A stretch of 64,000 bases of DNA, from positions 64,001 to 128,000 of the forward strand of contig CAXXMR010000009.1 of assembly GCA_963663805.2 (NCBI GenBank). Direction: 5' to 3'. Position 1 is the first letter of the stretch, and each line of letters opens with the position of its first letter. Below, piece after piece: positions 61,932-64,000 of the stretch. The translations under genes were made by a program, and so were the position numbers. The notes beneath the pieces were generated by a model. That model did not search any database. It was not told the DNA's origin and worked only from the letters and a program-made list of their open reading frames with translations. Origin of the DNA: Sedimentisphaerales bacterium (lineage in GTDB: Bacteria; Planctomycetota; Phycisphaerae; Sedimentisphaerales; SM23-30).

Positions 61932-62602
61932 ATCTGATTGTCAGGCGTAATTTGGTATTGTGGTTTCTGGTAATTCTGCTGGGCGGAGCGGGGGCAGGAT
62001 GGGGACAGAGTCTTGTTAAGGTGCATAAACCTTTCGTGGCGATAAGCACGCCGGATGAGGATGGTAATATTTCTATATCGGGTGCGCCTGGTGCGATAGA
62101 GACAACCAGTGCGGCGCGTCTGACGGTGCAGAATCTTACCGCAGATGAAGTTCAAGCTGTCGAGTTGGGCCCGGATGGTTCATTTAAGGCGATTCTGGCG
62201 GCGGTGACGGGTGACAAGATACGGATAACCGCAACGAATCAGGAACGCAAGCGGAGTTACGGCACATTTGAGGTGGCTGGTGCCGCTCCGGTCGGCAGGG
62301 AGCCGGTGGGACAGATAATTACTGAAGATGACGAAAGGGAAAACTCGGCGAATCTGGCGGTGCTGGTGATGATAGTTGATTTGGATAAGGGTGAGATTGT
62401 CTCGACGCGGCGGATAGCGGGGGTGATTGGCGCCGATTCGGGCACGAGTTTTTCGATGGGGCTGCTGGTGCGGAATGTTATGTCGAAATGTTTGCTGGCG
62501 ATAAAAGATGAATTGCAGCGGGCGAAGGTGGCGGTGATTGAGCCGCTGGAAGAACCGGCAGCCCCGGCTGACGAGGAAGCAGCAGGCACCGATGACCAGT
62601 GA
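61928..62602 (+). CDS. Hypothetical secreted protein
   Basis: Signal peptide; overlaps the tsaE stop and the mnmG start (operonic). Confidence 0.7.
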   Translation: MNLIVRRNLVLWFLVILLGGAGAGWGQSLVKVHKPFVAISTPDEDGNISISGAPGAIETTSAARLTVQNLTADEVQAVELGPDGSFKAILAAVTGDKIRITATNQERKRSYGTFEVAGAAPVGREPVGQIITEDDERENSANLAVLVMIVDLDKGEIVSTRRIAGVIGADSGTSFSMGLLVRNVMSKCLLAIKDELQRAKVAVIEPLEEPAAPADEEAAGTDDQ

Positions 62603-64000
62603 GTGTTTTGAGGTGATAGTTATAGGCGGGGGACATGCCGGGGCCGAAGCGGCGCACGCGGCGGCGCAGCTGGGCTCGCGGACGGCACTTTTAACAATGA
62701 GTGCTGAGACGATCGCGCAGATGAGCTGCAATCCGGCGATAGGCGGTTTAGCCAAGGGTCAGATTGTTCGTGAGGTCGATGCGCTGGGCGGGATAATGGG
62801 TTTGGCGGCAGACGCAGCGGGGATACAGTTTCGGATGTTGAATCGCTCGAAAGGGCCGGCGGTTTGGGCGCCGCGGGCTCAGGCGGATAGATGGCTTTAT
62901 TCGCGGGTGGTGCGAGAGACGCTGGAAAATTGCCCGAACCTGGAAATTGTCGAGGATACCGCTGATGAGTTGATGGTTGAGGGCGGACAGGTCAAAGAGG
63001 TGCTAACCGGTAAGGGACGCCGGTTGGGTGCGGGGGCAGTGATTCTGACGGCGGGTACTTTTTTGCGGGGGCTGATGCACTTAGGTGAGCAGCAGTGGGG
63101 CGGGGGACGTATCAATGAACCGTCCGCGGACAAGCTGTCGGGCAGTTTGATTGAGGCGGGGCTGAAACTGGAGAGGCTCAAAACCGGTACCGCCGCCTCG
63201 TCTGGATTCGGCGAGTATTAATTATGATGTGCTGGAGCGGCAGCCGGGCGATGCCGAGCCGATGCCGTTTAGTTTTATGAATGACGCGATTACGCAGGAG
63301 CAGGTGGACTGCTGGGTGACTTATACCAATGAGCGGACGCATCGGATTATTACGGACAATCTGGACCGGGCCCCGCTTTATACGGGACAGATAAACAGTA
63401 CCGGGCCGCGTTATTGTCCGAGTATCGAAACGAAGGTTATCCGATTCGCGGATAAGGGGCGTCATCAGGTTTTTCTGGAGCCGGAAGGACGGGAGACTAA
63501 CTGGGTTTATTGTAATGGCATTAGTACCTCGCTGCCGCGTGATTTGCAGGAGCAGATGGTTCATAGTATCACGGGGCTGGAAGAAGCTGAGTTTTTGCAG
63601 TATGCCTACGCGATCGAATATGATTATGTGCCGCCCATGCAGACGCGATTGTCTCTGGAGAGCAAGCAGGTAAGCGGGTTATACCTGGCTGGGCAGGTCA
63701 ACGGCACGAGCGGTTACGAAGAAGCGGCCGGTCAGGGTTTGCTGGCGGGGGTAAACGCGCATCGGAAGCTGCGGGGTTTGGAGCCGGTGGTGCTGGGGCG
63801 GGATGAGGCTTATATCGGGGTGATGATCGATGACCTGGTGACCAAAGGGGTGGATGAGCCGTATCGGATGTTTACCTCGCGGGCGGAGTATCGGTTGTTG
63901 CTGCGGAGTGACAACGCCGACCAGCGGCTTACTCCGAAAGGGCGTGAGTGGGGGCTGGTCGATGATGAGCGGATGGCACGTTTTGAGGCGGGTCAGGGGC
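62592..64000 (+). CDS. mnmG: tRNA uridine-5-carboxymethylaminomethyl modification enzyme MnmG (GidA); extra base near 63190; runs off the window
   Basis: GGGHAG.EAA and MSCNPAIGG; after the shift [30 protein letters not shown] and [14 protein letters not shown]. Confidence 0.95.

Noticed and set aside
63185..63195. mnmG frameshift as a pseudogene or programmed frameshift
   Set aside because: The gene is highly conserved and otherwise intact on both sides, with no slippery motif; most likely a sequencing/assembly indel.

Overview
Bacterial chromosome segment. The DUF1559-type prepilin protein and secreted proteins ending in dockerin/EF-hand-like 'DF..LA..WL' tails suggest Planctomycetota (Phycisphaerae/Sedimentisphaerales-like; inference). 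Positions 1-10.8 kb look like the distal end of a genomic island ending in a 3' fragment of tRNA-Arg(CCG). The island carries a doubly deleted IS66 derivative, a SWIM-SNF2 ATPase with a partner gene, a truncated YkgJ-like gene and a 1668-aa gingipain-like (C25) secreted protein with rearranged domains. Next come the core block ffs-dnaX-ybaB-recR-rpoN and a ~24-kb glycan-utilisation region: two GH71/99-like, two GHL10-like and two sialidase-like genes, a UROD/MtaA-like gene, DUF1559, a beta-helix protein, SIS, PFK and AraC. That region is interrupted by an IS4 and an intact IS66 (8-bp TSD). The rest holds a V/A-type ATPase operon, ZIP and MntP transporters, hslU, DUF711/ACT, a degenerate GH2-like gene, and ribBA, argH, thiL, tsaE and mnmG. 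Notable non-coding signals: a 26-bp promoter module shared by two unrelated IS families, a dispersed repeat with a covarying hairpin, 55-bp inverted repeats bracketing one cargo gene, a LacI relic with its operator, and nested inverted repeats between the metal transporters. Three single-base frameshifts, one of them in mnmG, suggest residual assembly indels.
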